Shown: positions 52,402-62,150, numbered from the stretch's first letter. The stretch is DNA of 64,000 bases from a virus (IMGVR_UViG_3300042296_001032), one strand, 5' to 3'. The notes: generated from the sequence alone by a model not told the origin. Made by a program: numbers and translations.

Positions 52402-53133
52402 TTAAAAAGCTAATTCAGTTATTTCATCACATTTGGGGCAAGAATACCATTTTTTAAATCTATTGTCGTAAATTTGTTTTTTACCGGCACAACAATCATA
52501 TTCATTTGTATCACCTTTTTGTGGTCTCATTTCTTCAATATATAAGCACTTTAAAGATTTATCAATAATATAAGCATATCTATGTTTCCTTGTTCTAGGA
52601 ATCCAAACACCTTGGACTTCTTTTGTTGAACCTCTAGGGTTAACCTTACCATCCCATCTAAAAAAATCTGATTTCTTATCTGTTAAGCCGTAATAGGTGA
52701 AGTTACAGACCTGATATATACTACCGCTATGTCTACTATCATCCGCTAATGTTATAACTGCCTTAACACCTTCTTTTTTTAGTAATCTAATACTACCACC
52801 TAATAGGTATGAAGTTAGGTTTGTACCATTTAATTCAGGTAAAACACAAAGTCTACTAAGTTCTAAAACCGTTTGGTTATCATTGGATAAACCAAACCAA
52901 CCCTTTAAAGCTACATTACCTTGTGGATTAGAGAAAGTAGCAACACCAATGATATCTTCAGTCTCCCTATCAATTACAGCATAAGAAAATTTAGCAAAAA
53001 ATTTAGCTTCACCCAAGTAGTGATAAGTTTTAACAAAATCGTAAGCCTCTTTTTTGGTAACTTCTTTTAAATAGAAAATATCTTTAGCCTTAAGCTCTCG
53101 GTTGATAAACTTCTGAACTGTTTGTTTGTTCAT
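52402..53133 (-). CDS. Mom-like DNA-modification family protein, paralog 2, with a C-terminal zinc ribbon
   Basis: FVKTYHYLGEAKF...GVATFSNPQG...ELSRLCVLPE (compare Mom ELSRLVLHPEA). C-terminus CCAGKK...CPKCDE. Confidence 0.45.
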   Translation of the reverse strand: MNKQTVQKFINRELKAKDIFYLKEVTKKEAYDFVKTYHYLGEAKFFAKFSYAVIDRETEDIIGVATFSNPQGNVALKGWFGLSNDNQTVLELSRLCVLPELNGTNLTSYLLGGSIRLLKKEGVKAVITLADDSRHSGSIYQVCNFTYYGLTDKKSDFFRWDGKVNPRGSTKEVQGVWIPRTRKHRYAYIIDKSLKCLYIEEMRPQKGDTNEYDCCAGKKQIYDNRFKKWYSCPKCDEITELAF

Positions 53134-53314
53134 ATAAATTATTATTAATTAAAACCTTTTTTTCTTTTTCAAAAGCAATTTCATAAATTTGGCGGAGTTC
53201 CACGTATTTATAATCGCCACTACCAACCATTTTAGATACTGTGTCGTACATTTTATTTTGAATACCCAATTCAAAAGCCTCAAAAAATATCTCTTCTATT
53301 CTAGTCATTTCCAA
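53090..53314 (-). CDS. Hypothetical small protein
   Basis: 74 aa ORF overlapping the start of the Mom-like gene. Confidence 0.35.
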   Translation of the reverse strand: MEMTRIEEIFFEAFELGIQNKMYDTVSKMVGSGDYKYVELRQIYEIAFEKEKKVLINNNLYEQTNSSEVYQPRA

Positions 53315-53376
53315 TAATTTAATATTAAATAAATATAATAAAACCGTTAATTATTAAGTATAGTAAAATAAAAAAA

Positions 53377-53393
53377 GGGAGACAAGCTCCCTT
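53377..53393 (-). terminator. Terminator GGGAGACAAGCTCCC with A7/T-run; ends the Ro60-like transcription unit on the minus strand
   Basis: Hairpin flanked by A7 on the plus strand, which reads as T7 on the minus strand. Confidence 0.45.
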
Positions 53394-53898
53394 TAAAAAA
53401 TTAGGTGTCGGAATGGTGGTCCTTTTGTTATTTTCGGTGGCTGAGTAACCACCCCAATATTATTAACCCATTTTGGTTCGGGTGTCTTTTATTTGATTGA
53501 GACAAATCCAACTACCATTTTTACTTGTGATAATCAAGAGGTATGTTTTACGACCTCAAGTGTGAGATTTTCCCACGTTTAAACTCTCCTATGGTCGCCA
53601 ATTTATAATTTAATTTGGGGTAAATCGGTAAAACCCCTCGTCGTTCTTACAAGTTTCTAGAAGAATTTGCAGAAACCATTCGTTTATTGGGTCTTATAGT
53701 CTCGTTTGACGTACCCATTACACCTTTTTAATAATTTTGTGGTAACAGAATCGTTTGACTCTTTTGTCTAACTCTGAGTGGTCCCCGGCTTTCACCTTTA
53801 CACCCTTGTGGTTAGACGGGTTATCAAAGCCCTCTCTTATGTAGCTATAAATTTAAGATTTTAATTTTGCTGCAATTATTCCTCAATACCACAATATT

Positions 53899-55341
53899 TT
53901 AAAGAATCCAAACCTTTACAGGTTCATATCTTTCTGAATGTACGGTTTCATTCATAATATTAACAGGTGTTAAACTGTTAGGATTATTCAGAACCGATTT
54001 CAAGATTGATGGACTGAAACCACTAATTAAAGCAGTTCCAACCTCATCAAATCTTGCTGGGAAATTACCCCCGTTGGAATGTAGGTTCCAGAAAATAATT
54101 CCAGGTTTTACATAACCAGCGTTAGTGTACATTTCATCAATCATCGACATAGCCGAGGGATTCCAATCAGATTCATTTCCCCAACCACTACTAGTAGCGG
54201 AATCAAACTCCATATCGGATAGGATAAGAATCTTTGTTGGCATCTCTTCCTGTGGAACACCAAATTTAACTGCTTGATTCAAGATAGTCTTGAACGCTGC
54301 TTCTAAATTAGTTGACATACCCCATTTAGCTCTAGCTAATTGATTGTAACGGTCACTAAGTGGACCCATCAATTTTTGAATTTCGGGATTTGAAGAAAAT
54401 GTCATAAACATATCTTTAAATGCTCCCTCATTTCTTTCAGAGATGTACATACCCAAAGAAATAGCCACCTCCATACATGTAAGGTTTGGATTACCTCCTA
54501 CCGAACAATCCATTGAACCTGAAACGTCAACCAAAGGTAGGACAAGTTCTGTTGAACCTTCCATATAATTTGGTAGGGCTTTCCATTGTTCATTAGCCAA
54601 ATCTTTATTACCGAATCTAAGATTCTTGGTAACATCGTAAGGATACAAAGCTCCGGCGTTAACTTTAGTTTCACCTTTTTGAAGGGCTTCAATAAATTGA
54701 CCAAATCTTTCTTGGTCGTTTCTGCCAAAAGCTTTTGTATACCTTGACATAGCCAAAGATGGTGTCTTTGAATACTCAATCTCTGCCCAACTTTTCGAAC
54801 ACATTTTTTGTTCTACCGTGTTTGACAAAGACACAAGTAATTTTCTAAGGGATTTTGGGTCCAACTTAAGTGCTTTACGTACTTTATTAAATACCAAACC
54901 TTTACGGGGCATCCATTTAGCACATAAACCATTACCACTTTTTAAACCTTCTACAAGAAGTGTGATGGCGTCATTTTCCAATTCAGTTCCGAAAAGGATA
55001 TGAACGTCATCCCATCTCCCGTATTCAGGAATTAAGTTAAGATTAACTTTAACTACTTTTGAGTAGTTATCAACTAGGTAAGATAAAATATCTCTAAAGA
55101 TTTTTCTCTCACCAGCACCACCTCTAACATCTCTTGCCCAAAAAAGGATTCTTAATGCTGTAGTTGGTTCTTCACTGAAAGCCTTTGAGAAAAGTTTTAC
55201 AACACTCTCAGAACTTTTACCTCTCATTGCTCCAATGGAGAAGAAAAGGTTAACACACTCATTAAGAGAAGATGAATTAGTTTCCATCCCGTTCTTAGTG
55301 GTTGTGTTTTCAGTTTGTAATGCTTCAGTTAATCTTGACAT
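53899..55341 (-). CDS. Ro60/TROVE-like protein with a C-terminal vWA (MIDAS) domain
   Basis: LVDVSGSMD...GMSTNLEAAF...ILILSDMEFDS parallels the Ro60 vWA (VDVSASM...GGTDCS...IVFTDNETF). N-terminal region shows TROVE-like blocks (AKWMPRKGLVFNKVRKALKLDP compare Ro60 [21 protein letters not shown]). Confidence 0.55.
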   Translation of the reverse strand: MSRLTEALQTENTTTKNGMETNSSSLNECVNLFFSIGAMRGKSSESVVKLFSKAFSEEPTTALRILFWARDVRGGAGERKIFRDILSYLVDNYSKVVKVNLNLIPEYGRWDDVHILFGTELENDAITLLVEGLKSGNGLCAKWMPRKGLVFNKVRKALKLDPKSLRKLLVSLSNTVEQKMCSKSWAEIEYSKTPSLAMSRYTKAFGRNDQERFGQFIEALQKGETKVNAGALYPYDVTKNLRFGNKDLANEQWKALPNYMEGSTELVLPLVDVSGSMDCSVGGNPNLTCMEVAISLGMYISERNEGAFKDMFMTFSSNPEIQKLMGPLSDRYNQLARAKWGMSTNLEAAFKTILNQAVKFGVPQEEMPTKILILSDMEFDSATSSGWGNESDWNPSAMSMIDEMYTNAGYVKPGIIFWNLHSNGGNFPARFDEVGTALISGFSPSILKSVLNNPNSLTPVNIMNETVHSERYEPVKVWIL

Positions 55342-55389
55342 AATTTCTATTTTTTTAATTAGGTTTCTTTAAAACAGTTATAAATTATA

Positions 55390-55728
55390 CTATTTATTTT
55401 CTGATTTGTCAATAGGTTTTTTTGTATATTTTCTAATTAATTTAAAAATCTCCGTAATGTCTGTAAACTCGGATGGTGGACTATCCATTCTACTAGGAAG
55501 AAACATCACAGTAAACCCGTGATTAGCATAAAATGTTTCAGTAACTCTAACACCATTGATTTTACCAAGATAAACCCAAGGAAAATTTCCTGATAGTTTT
55601 ACATCAATTCCTATTTTTTTAAGTCGTTCAACAAACACTCCGAGTTTATCTGTACTTATTTTTGTACTAGTTTCTGTTTCCATTTCTATATATGTTCCAA
55701 ATTTAGTTTTTACTTCCATAACATTCAA
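55390..55728 (-). CDS. Hypothetical protein
   Basis: 112 aa ORF. Confidence 0.45.
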   Translation of the reverse strand: MNVMEVKTKFGTYIEMETETSTKISTDKLGVFVERLKKIGIDVKLSGNFPWVYLGKINGVRVTETFYANHGFTVMFLPSRMDSPPSEFTDITEIFKLIRKYTKKPIDKSENK

Positions 55729-55876
55729 GTTTTTTATCCGTCACATTCCACAAATCTTTTTTTCCTTCCGTCATGTGACAATTGTGTTTCTTTCCCGTTT
55801 TTTCACCGAACTCCACAATCATATCATTATGACGATTACGGATAAAGTGAGGACATTCTTTACAGGGTTTTTTCAT
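55700..55876 (-). CDS. Small Cys/His protein (MKKPCKECPHFIRNRHND...HNCHM...), 58 aa
   Basis: Below the ORF-track cutoff. CxxCxH...CH zinc-binding-like spacing. Overlaps the start of 55390..55728. Confidence 0.25.
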
Positions 55877-55946
55877 AACACAAAGATAAAAAAAAATCCC
55901 ACATGATTAACATATAGGATTATTTTTTTTATGATTTTTTTAAAAA

Positions 55947-56360
55947 TTACGCTACTTCAACAATTTCCAATTCAAAAATCAATTTTCTACCAGCCAATGG
56001 GTGATTAGCATCGATGGTAACAGTTTCTTCGTTTACATCAGTAACAACAACAGGAATTGGCCCCGCTTCTGTTTGTGCTTCCAACATTTGACCTGCTTGT
56101 ACTCCTTCAGGTACTCTATCAAGAGGTACTTGGTTAACTAGTTCTTCGTTATATGGTCCATAAGCTTGCTCTGGTTCTAATTCAACAGTTTTTTTATCAC
56201 CTGCCGACAACCCCATAACACCTTGTTCAAAACCAAGAATCAAATTACCCTCACCAACAACGAATTCGATTGGGTCTTTACCTGTAGATGAATCGAAAAC
56301 ATTATTATCTTCAAATTTACCTGTGTAATGTACTTTTACTTTACTTCCTTCTTTAATCAT
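55947..56360 (-). CDS. FKBP-type peptidyl-prolyl cis-trans isomerase (SlyD/FkpB-like, no His-rich tail)
   Basis: VKVHYTGKFEDNNVFDSS...PIEFVVGEGNLILGFEQGVMGLSAGDKK, FKBP domain with an IF insert. Confidence 0.8.
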   Translation of the reverse strand: MIKEGSKVKVHYTGKFEDNNVFDSSTGKDPIEFVVGEGNLILGFEQGVMGLSAGDKKTVELEPEQAYGPYNEELVNQVPLDRVPEGVQAGQMLEAQTEAGPIPVVVTDVNEETVTIDANHPLAGRKLIFELEIVEVA

Positions 56361-56410
56361 TTTAACAATATTTTATTTTTATTATATATTAAATCTACTA
56401 TTAAAAAAAC

Positions 56411-57610
56411 TTATTGTAAAGTACCTTCATTGTTTTCTTGTAAAATTAATGCACCAACTCGGTACATTTTTTTCTTCCATGTTTCAGCTTTTTTATGAAA
56501 ACGTTTTTCAAAGAATTTAAAAAATACGTAAGGGTCTTCTTTAGCTTTTTGTGGAACTTTATCCATACTAATATTTACCCCAACAGATTGAATTCCTTTT
56601 ACACCGTTCTCTAATACAGTATCCCAAAGGTTTATTAAAGATTTTATAGCACTATCCTTGGAACTTGTGTCTACTCCCATAGACTTAAGTTGTGTATCTC
56701 TCATTAATTTATGTAACATATATAATGGATTACGTTTACTACCAGCTGACGGTAATTGGAAACTTTTTAAATATTCTTCAGCGTTAAAATCTTCCAACAT
56801 CTTCATTTGACGCCAAACCTCTGATTTATGTAATTCTCTTACAAAATCATCAGTTGTTTTAATGTCCTTATTTTTTAATTTATAATATAACTGTTCAATT
56901 CTAGCGTTAATCTCAAAAGATAAGTGTAGGTATACTAAATTAAGAAAATCACGCCACCAATCAATACCTATTTCCCTAAAATAATGGTTATTAGCCACAG
57001 CATTTAGAGCGGTTTCTTTACCAAAATGTACATCTTTACCAGCCTTTAATTGTTTACATTTTTGATAAACGTGTAAAAGTTCGTGAGCTATAGTTTCTCT
57101 TAATTCATTAACATCTTTAGTAGACATACCTTCTTTTTCAATAATTACATTAAAATCTAGGTATAGTTTTGATAAAACCATATGTTTACCTAGTTTACTT
57201 AGTTTTTGGGTTATCTCACCACCTACAGAGGCTTGTATTGTCCCATCCTCTTGTTTTAACACTATCGAAGGTATTCCTACAACATTAAAAGTTATCCTAG
57301 GTTTCCATATTGGCAATGATTGAAACATTTTTGAATTTAGGAAATCTTTCATATCACTAAAACCATTGTCTTTCATAACAAAATCCATTACCTCACCACC
57401 AGATATTTCAACATCATTTGATTTATTAGCAAAATCTTCTATTTCTTCTCCTGTGTTTGGGTCTGTGTAGTTAAATCTACCTTCTTCGGCCCAACCACCT
57501 CTTATTTCAGATTTAATCTCATCCAATAGTAATTTTGTTAAAGATTCAACCCATGGGTCCAAATCTTTAGGGACACCCATTATCTCGTTAAGTAATTCTA
57601 CTTTTTTCAT
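56411..57610 (-). CDS. Putative zinc metalloprotease-like protein (HExxH: IAHELLHVYQ)
   Basis: 399 aa. Single HELLH motif. Sits between the FKBP and DnaJ genes. Confidence 0.45.
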   Translation of the reverse strand: MKKVELLNEIMGVPKDLDPWVESLTKLLLDEIKSEIRGGWAEEGRFNYTDPNTGEEIEDFANKSNDVEISGGEVMDFVMKDNGFSDMKDFLNSKMFQSLPIWKPRITFNVVGIPSIVLKQEDGTIQASVGGEITQKLSKLGKHMVLSKLYLDFNVIIEKEGMSTKDVNELRETIAHELLHVYQKCKQLKAGKDVHFGKETALNAVANNHYFREIGIDWWRDFLNLVYLHLSFEINARIEQLYYKLKNKDIKTTDDFVRELHKSEVWRQMKMLEDFNAEEYLKSFQLPSAGSKRNPLYMLHKLMRDTQLKSMGVDTSSKDSAIKSLINLWDTVLENGVKGIQSVGVNISMDKVPQKAKEDPYVFFKFFEKRFHKKAETWKKKMYRVGALILQENNEGTLQ

Positions 57611-57633
57611 TAAAGTTTTATTATAAATATCCT

Positions 57634-58566
57634 TTAACTAAAGTTGGGCATATTTTTTAACTCCCTTATCTTATATTCTTCAATATCAGATAATTCTTTT
57701 GGTATTATTGGGTTTAATGTAACGTATAAATCACCGGTTATACCAGTAGAACCATCCACAAAACCCTTACCACGTAATCTAAACGTTTTATTTGTCTCAG
57801 ATAACTTAGGTATCTTTACTTTAACACTACCATCTAAAGTACTAAACTCACTTTCAATACCTAATAAAATGTCTAGGATTGGAATGTCTAATTTTCTTTT
57901 AAGATTTAAACCTTCTAAAGTATAAACATCATGTGGTTTTAACTTGGTAATAAAATACAAATCCCCCCTTTGGGCATTCTTAACCCAATCACCTAAACCA
58001 GGGTAGGTAAAGAAAGAATCATCAACTGTTCCACTAGGTACTTTAACCTCAACACTTCTAATCGTTTTAACAGCACCATTACCATTACAGTGATAACAAA
58101 CAGATTTAAATAATTTACCGTTACCACCACAATTATTACACATAAATAAAAATGGGCCTTGTTGTATATGACCATTCCCACCACATTGGTTACACTGTTG
58201 TGGTTCAAAACCTCCTTCCCCATGACATTTGTCACAAGCTTCGGTAGAATGGAAATTAATAATCTTATCACAACCATAATAAGATTCCTCAAGGGTTAAT
58301 TCTATAACTAATTTTAAAGGTCTAGCTTTTTGTGGACCTCCTTGGAAAGGGTTAAAACCACCAAAAGGATTTCCTTGGTTTTTTGGTTTTTGTTTCCCTG
58401 TTAATATTTCGTAAGCTTCAACAACCTTTTTAAAGTTTTCTTCAGCCTCTTTGTTGTTTGGGTTTAAATCTGGGTGATATTTTTTAGACATTTTTCTATA
58501 TGCCTTTTTTATATCTTCTTCTTTAGCTCCTTCATTTAAACCTAAAATATCATAATATTCTTTCAT
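57634..58566 (-). CDS. dnaJ: DnaJ-type co-chaperone (J domain, four CxxCxGxG zinc-finger repeats, C-terminal domain)
   Basis: YYDILGL...KKAYRKMSKKYHPDLNP. CDKCHGEG, CNQCGGNG, CNNCGGNG, CYHCNGNG. Confidence 0.85.
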   Translation of the reverse strand: MKEYYDILGLNEGAKEEDIKKAYRKMSKKYHPDLNPNNKEAEENFKKVVEAYEILTGKQKPKNQGNPFGGFNPFQGGPQKARPLKLVIELTLEESYYGCDKIINFHSTEACDKCHGEGGFEPQQCNQCGGNGHIQQGPFLFMCNNCGGNGKLFKSVCYHCNGNGAVKTIRSVEVKVPSGTVDDSFFTYPGLGDWVKNAQRGDLYFITKLKPHDVYTLEGLNLKRKLDIPILDILLGIESEFSTLDGSVKVKIPKLSETNKTFRLRGKGFVDGSTGITGDLYVTLNPIIPKELSDIEEYKIRELKNMPNFS

Positions 58567-58624
58567 TTGTTAATAATAATAGTGTGGACATTTTTTGTAA
58601 ACGTATGTAATATTAAAAAGTAAT

Positions 58625-59266
58625 ATGTACGAAATAATATTAACAGAAAATGATAAGAAAGTCAAAACACTATACAAATATAGTCGGGAATATGATGCTC
58701 TTTATCGTTTTACAAACGTAAGTAATAAACAAATACAATATCCGAAAAAACAAGTTTATAAAAACAAAGTTTTAACGGAGGTAGTTTATCATGTCTTACT
58801 CTTAAAGAAAAGAGGTGAGGGTGATAAAAGTATTATTCTACGGGATAAATATGGTAAATTATTAGAATCATTTATGGAGGACCCTGATTGGGTTGTTTTA
58901 GGCCGTTCTGAATATCAAATAGAGGAACAATTTTCGGTAACGGGTGCAAATAGAAAATTAAACACCCAAGAGATTATTAGTTACGTTTTGTTGAGTAAAT
59001 TAAGTGATAAAAACCCTAAACAGGTTGTTATTTTAAATAATAAAATTGTTATAGAAGGTTTAGCTTTAAATATGGTTACTTGTAAGGATGTTAGTGAGGC
59101 CACTAGATTGTACAATAGATTACGTATCCATTGCTATGACAACAGAGTTAAACACATTATTTTCTTTGGTTCTGTACCTAAAGAAAATAAAAAAGAATGG
59201 TACAAAAAATTGAATTCAGTAACTGGTGTAGGTTACAATAGACTATATAGAAGTAGTAGTCGTTAA
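58625..59266 (+). CDS. Hypothetical protein
   Basis: 213 aa plus-strand ORF. Convergent with the RNase HII gene. Confidence 0.45.
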   Translation: MYEIILTENDKKVKTLYKYSREYDALYRFTNVSNKQIQYPKKQVYKNKVLTEVVYHVLLLKKRGEGDKSIILRDKYGKLLESFMEDPDWVVLGRSEYQIEEQFSVTGANRKLNTQEIISYVLLSKLSDKNPKQVVILNNKIVIEGLALNMVTCKDVSEATRLYNRLRIHCYDNRVKHIIFFGSVPKENKKEWYKKLNSVTGVGYNRLYRSSSR

Positions 59267-59845
59267 AATTTTCTTTAAAAAACTTTTTCTATGGTGACTA
59301 GTTATACCTTCTTCTTTTATAGTTTGAATGTGGTGACTACTTCCATACCCCTTATTTTTATCCCACTTATATGAAGGAAATTTTTCGTGGAGAAAGTTCA
59401 TGTATTCATCACGATAAACTTTAGCTACAATTGAAGCAGCAGCAATAGAAAGATATTCATTATCACCTTTAATAACACAAGTATAAGGTATCTCTTCAAA
59501 AGAATCAAAAATATTACCATCAACCAAGATATGTTCAGGTTTAACTGATAAAGAAGTAATAGCTTTATTCATTGCACCAAATGTTGCGTTTTGGATGTTG
59601 TAGGTGTCGATACCTTCCACATCAACCATCTCAACTGAAATAGCTATCGCATTTTCTTCAATTTCTTTAAGAGCTCTTTGTCTACCTTTTTCTGTTAGTT
59701 TTTTTGAGTCTTTAATTTGTTCAGATGTAAAATATTTGGGTAGGATTACTGCTGCCGCAAAAACAGGTCCAGCTAACGAACCTCTACCGACCTCATCAAC
59801 ACCACATTCTACTAAATCTGTGTGTAAATATGATTTTAAACCCAT
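59243..59845 (-). CDS. rnhB: Ribonuclease HII
   Basis: GVDEVGRGSLAGPVFAAAVIL catalytic DEVGRG motif. 200 aa. Confidence 0.85.
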   Translation of the reverse strand: MGLKSYLHTDLVECGVDEVGRGSLAGPVFAAAVILPKYFTSEQIKDSKKLTEKGRQRALKEIEENAIAISVEMVDVEGIDTYNIQNATFGAMNKAITSLSVKPEHILVDGNIFDSFEEIPYTCVIKGDNEYLSIAAASIVAKVYRDEYMNFLHEKFPSYKWDKNKGYGSSHHIQTIKEEGITSHHRKSFLKKILTTTTSI

Positions 59846-60081
59846 TATATAGTGTTTTTTAAGAATTTAAAATTTATGTTATAAATTTCTACCTCAAACT
59901 CTTGGTCTAAATTAGTGTTGTTATCTTTTTTAATTTCTCTTTGGATTTCTCTATGGATTTCTCTATGTAAATCATCACGTAAATCATATACTATTTCTTT
60001 TGGTAAAAGGAATTTACCTGCTTTTACTTCATCCATATTGACCATGGAGTAAGCAAAATCAACAAAACTTTTTAATTCCAT
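59845..60081 (-). CDS. Hypothetical small protein
   Basis: 78 aa ORF. Confidence 0.4.
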   Translation of the reverse strand: MELKSFVDFAYSMVNMDEVKAGKFLLPKEIVYDLRDDLHREIHREIQREIKKDNNTNLDQEFEVEIYNINFKFLKNTI

Positions 60082-60269
60082 CCTATTAATTTTTTAAATT
60101 TTTCCCATTTAGTGAGTTTTTTTTGAACTGTATTTGGTTCTTTTTTAATGATTTCACCCAAACCACCCATTATCTCATTAATGAACTTATTTTTTTTATG
60201 TTCAGTTACTAATTGGTCTTGTACAATTTTTCTTCTTTCTTGTTCTATTTCCCATTCTTCTCTATTCAT
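60072..60269 (-). CDS. Hypothetical small protein
   Basis: 65 aa ORF. Confidence 0.4.
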   Translation of the reverse strand: MNREEWEIEQERRKIVQDQLVTEHKKNKFINEIMGGLGEIIKKEPNTVQKKLTKWEKFKKLIGWN

Positions 60270-60696
60270 ATAACAATTTGTTTAATTTTCTGTTAATTGA
60301 TTCTCTTAAATTTAATATGGGTTCTACTAATTGGAAAGTTTTATTCCAACCTTTATGTATTGGTTTTGGTAAATTATTTTCATTAGACCACATATAATCA
60401 TCATTTTCATCTAATTTTAGATTAGGTTTAAATTCTTCATCAACAAACCCAACAAAGACATGAAAAAGACCGTAATCATTTGTTATTGTATCTAATAACT
60501 TAATGTTTTGTATTTGACTAGAATCTACCCTTATTTCCTCTTCAATCTCTCTTTTAACACAATCTAATGGTGTCTCACCTTCAACATCCATAGTACCCGT
60601 TAAAATGGACCATACTATTGGCCTATCAGACCTATGTAACAAAAGAAAGTTATTTGTATCTCTTGCTATTATTAAAATTCCTACAGACTCTTTCAT
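60262..60696 (-). CDS. NUDIX hydrolase
   Basis: Nudix box GTMDVEGETPLDCVKREIEEEIRV (Gx5Ex7REUxEExGU). Confidence 0.7.
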   Translation of the reverse strand: MKESVGILIIARDTNNFLLLHRSDRPIVWSILTGTMDVEGETPLDCVKREIEEEIRVDSSQIQNIKLLDTITNDYGLFHVFVGFVDEEFKPNLKLDENDDYMWSNENNLPKPIHKGWNKTFQLVEPILNLRESINRKLNKLLYE

Positions 60697-60742
60697 TATA
60701 TATATAAATTCATTATACTTATAAATATAAAAACAATACAGT

Positions 60743-61087
60743 ATGAATACATTATTATTTATTTTAGTTTGTTATGGATTGTCAAATATCATTGTTTATG
60801 GAACAATATTTGGCAGTATGAGAGAGTTTTTGACTAAGAAGAGCCCTAATTTTTGGGGTAAACTAGTTTCTTGTATGATGTGTTTTCCTACATGGGCAGG
60901 ATTCTTCCTTTCATTAACATTTTTCTCACCTAGTTTGTACTATGGTTTAGGAGATTTAAATCTTGGATTTTTTACAATACCTAATGAAGTTACTTCCGTA
61001 TTTTTTGACGGTATGTTAGCCTCAGGTACTACTTGGTTAATCCATACATTTCAGGAAATGGCTGAAAGAGCCTTTAATGAGGAATAA
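60743..61087 (+). CDS. Multi-pass membrane protein
   Basis: 114 aa with several hydrophobic helices. Terminator GGGACTAATTAGTCCC plus T5 follows at 61092-61112. Confidence 0.5.
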   Translation: MNTLLFILVCYGLSNIIVYGTIFGSMREFLTKKSPNFWGKLVSCMMCFPTWAGFFLSLTFFSPSLYYGLGDLNLGFFTIPNEVTSVFFDGMLASGTTWLIHTFQEMAERAFNEE

Positions 61088-61097
61088 AAAAAGGGAC

Positions 61098-61556
61098 TTA
61101 ATTAGTCCCTTTTTCTTCTTTAACAAATAATTTATCCAAATGTCTTTCTTCTAGTTCTTCATAAAAAGTGTTAGAATTCATCCCATTTATTTCGTAGTGT
61201 GATATCTCACCCTTATCTACTTTAGTGTCTAACCATTCTGTAATTTTATTATTAGCGGTTTCGTCATCTAAAGCACTAAAACTTTTTGTACATCTAAATT
61301 CTAAATCACCACCTCTACCAATAACATTTAAATCGGTTTCAATGATGTGACCTAGGATTTCGGCTTCACGTAATTGTTTATTATAATTTTCGGTTAAAAC
61401 CACTGAATACTCAAAATCATAAAAACTTAGTTCATTTAAAGCCTCAGCCATTTTAGGTAGATTAACTGTTTGGTGAAAATTTTTAGGAACCCCCATTTTA
61501 AGAAATTTTTTCTGTTGTTTTGTTATTATCTTGTTGTTCGTTTGTTGTAGTAACAT
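61098..61556 (-). CDS. Hypothetical protein
   Basis: 152 aa ORF. Confidence 0.45.
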   Translation of the reverse strand: MLLQQTNNKIITKQQKKFLKMGVPKNFHQTVNLPKMAEALNELSFYDFEYSVVLTENYNKQLREAEILGHIIETDLNVIGRGGDLEFRCTKSFSALDDETANNKITEWLDTKVDKGEISHYEINGMNSNTFYEELEERHLDKLFVKEEKGTN

Positions 61557-62019
61557 TAGCGATAATGTTTTTTGCGTTCAACTTTAGATTATTCTCTTCT
61601 GTAGTGAATTTAAGGTGATTAAGTTCATCTAAACTTTTTGTTTCAAAAACTCTTTTAAGTTCCTCAACCTTAGCTTTAAGTAATCTTTCTTTTTCCTCAA
61701 TTTCTAGATTATAGTTAATTACCTTTTCTTCAATATAATCTAAAATTTCATCAAAACTTTTTGTATCTGAATAAAACATATTATAAAGAGAACCTTGTTC
61801 TTTGGTTTCTTTTTGTGAAACCTGAATTTCATCTGTTTCCTCTATTTCCCAAGTCTTTCTTAAGTTAACCTCAACTATTCTATAACCTTCAGCAACTTTT
61901 AACCCCTTAAAAAAAGGTTGTAGTTTGTCTATTCTTTTTTGTATCATTATAATTGAATTCCTGTGAGTAATGCTGTGATAATGTATGAGATAGAAAGACC
62001 CAATAAAAACCTGTCCCAA
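61498..62019 (-). CDS. Hypothetical coiled-coil protein
   Basis: 173 aa ORF. Confidence 0.45.
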   Translation of the reverse strand: MGQVFIGSFYLIHYHSITHRNSIIMIQKRIDKLQPFFKGLKVAEGYRIVEVNLRKTWEIEETDEIQVSQKETKEQGSLYNMFYSDTKSFDEILDYIEEKVINYNLEIEEKERLLKAKVEELKRVFETKSLDELNHLKFTTEENNLKLNAKNIIANVTTTNEQQDNNKTTEKIS

Positions 62020-62150
62020 GTAGAGATTTCGTATTTAGTGGGTACTTCCGACCTCAACCCATTTATTATATTCCAAGAGTGTTTAAGTACATTAAAGACA
62101 CCCATTATGAATATAACTAATAAAACTTTATTTAAAAAAAATTCTCCCAT
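61947..62150 (-). CDS. Small membrane protein
   Basis: 67 aa, hydrophobic. Confidence 0.35.
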   Translation of the reverse strand: MGEFFLNKVLLVIFIMGVFNVLKHSWNIINGLRSEVPTKYEISTWDRFLLGLSISYIITALLTGIQL

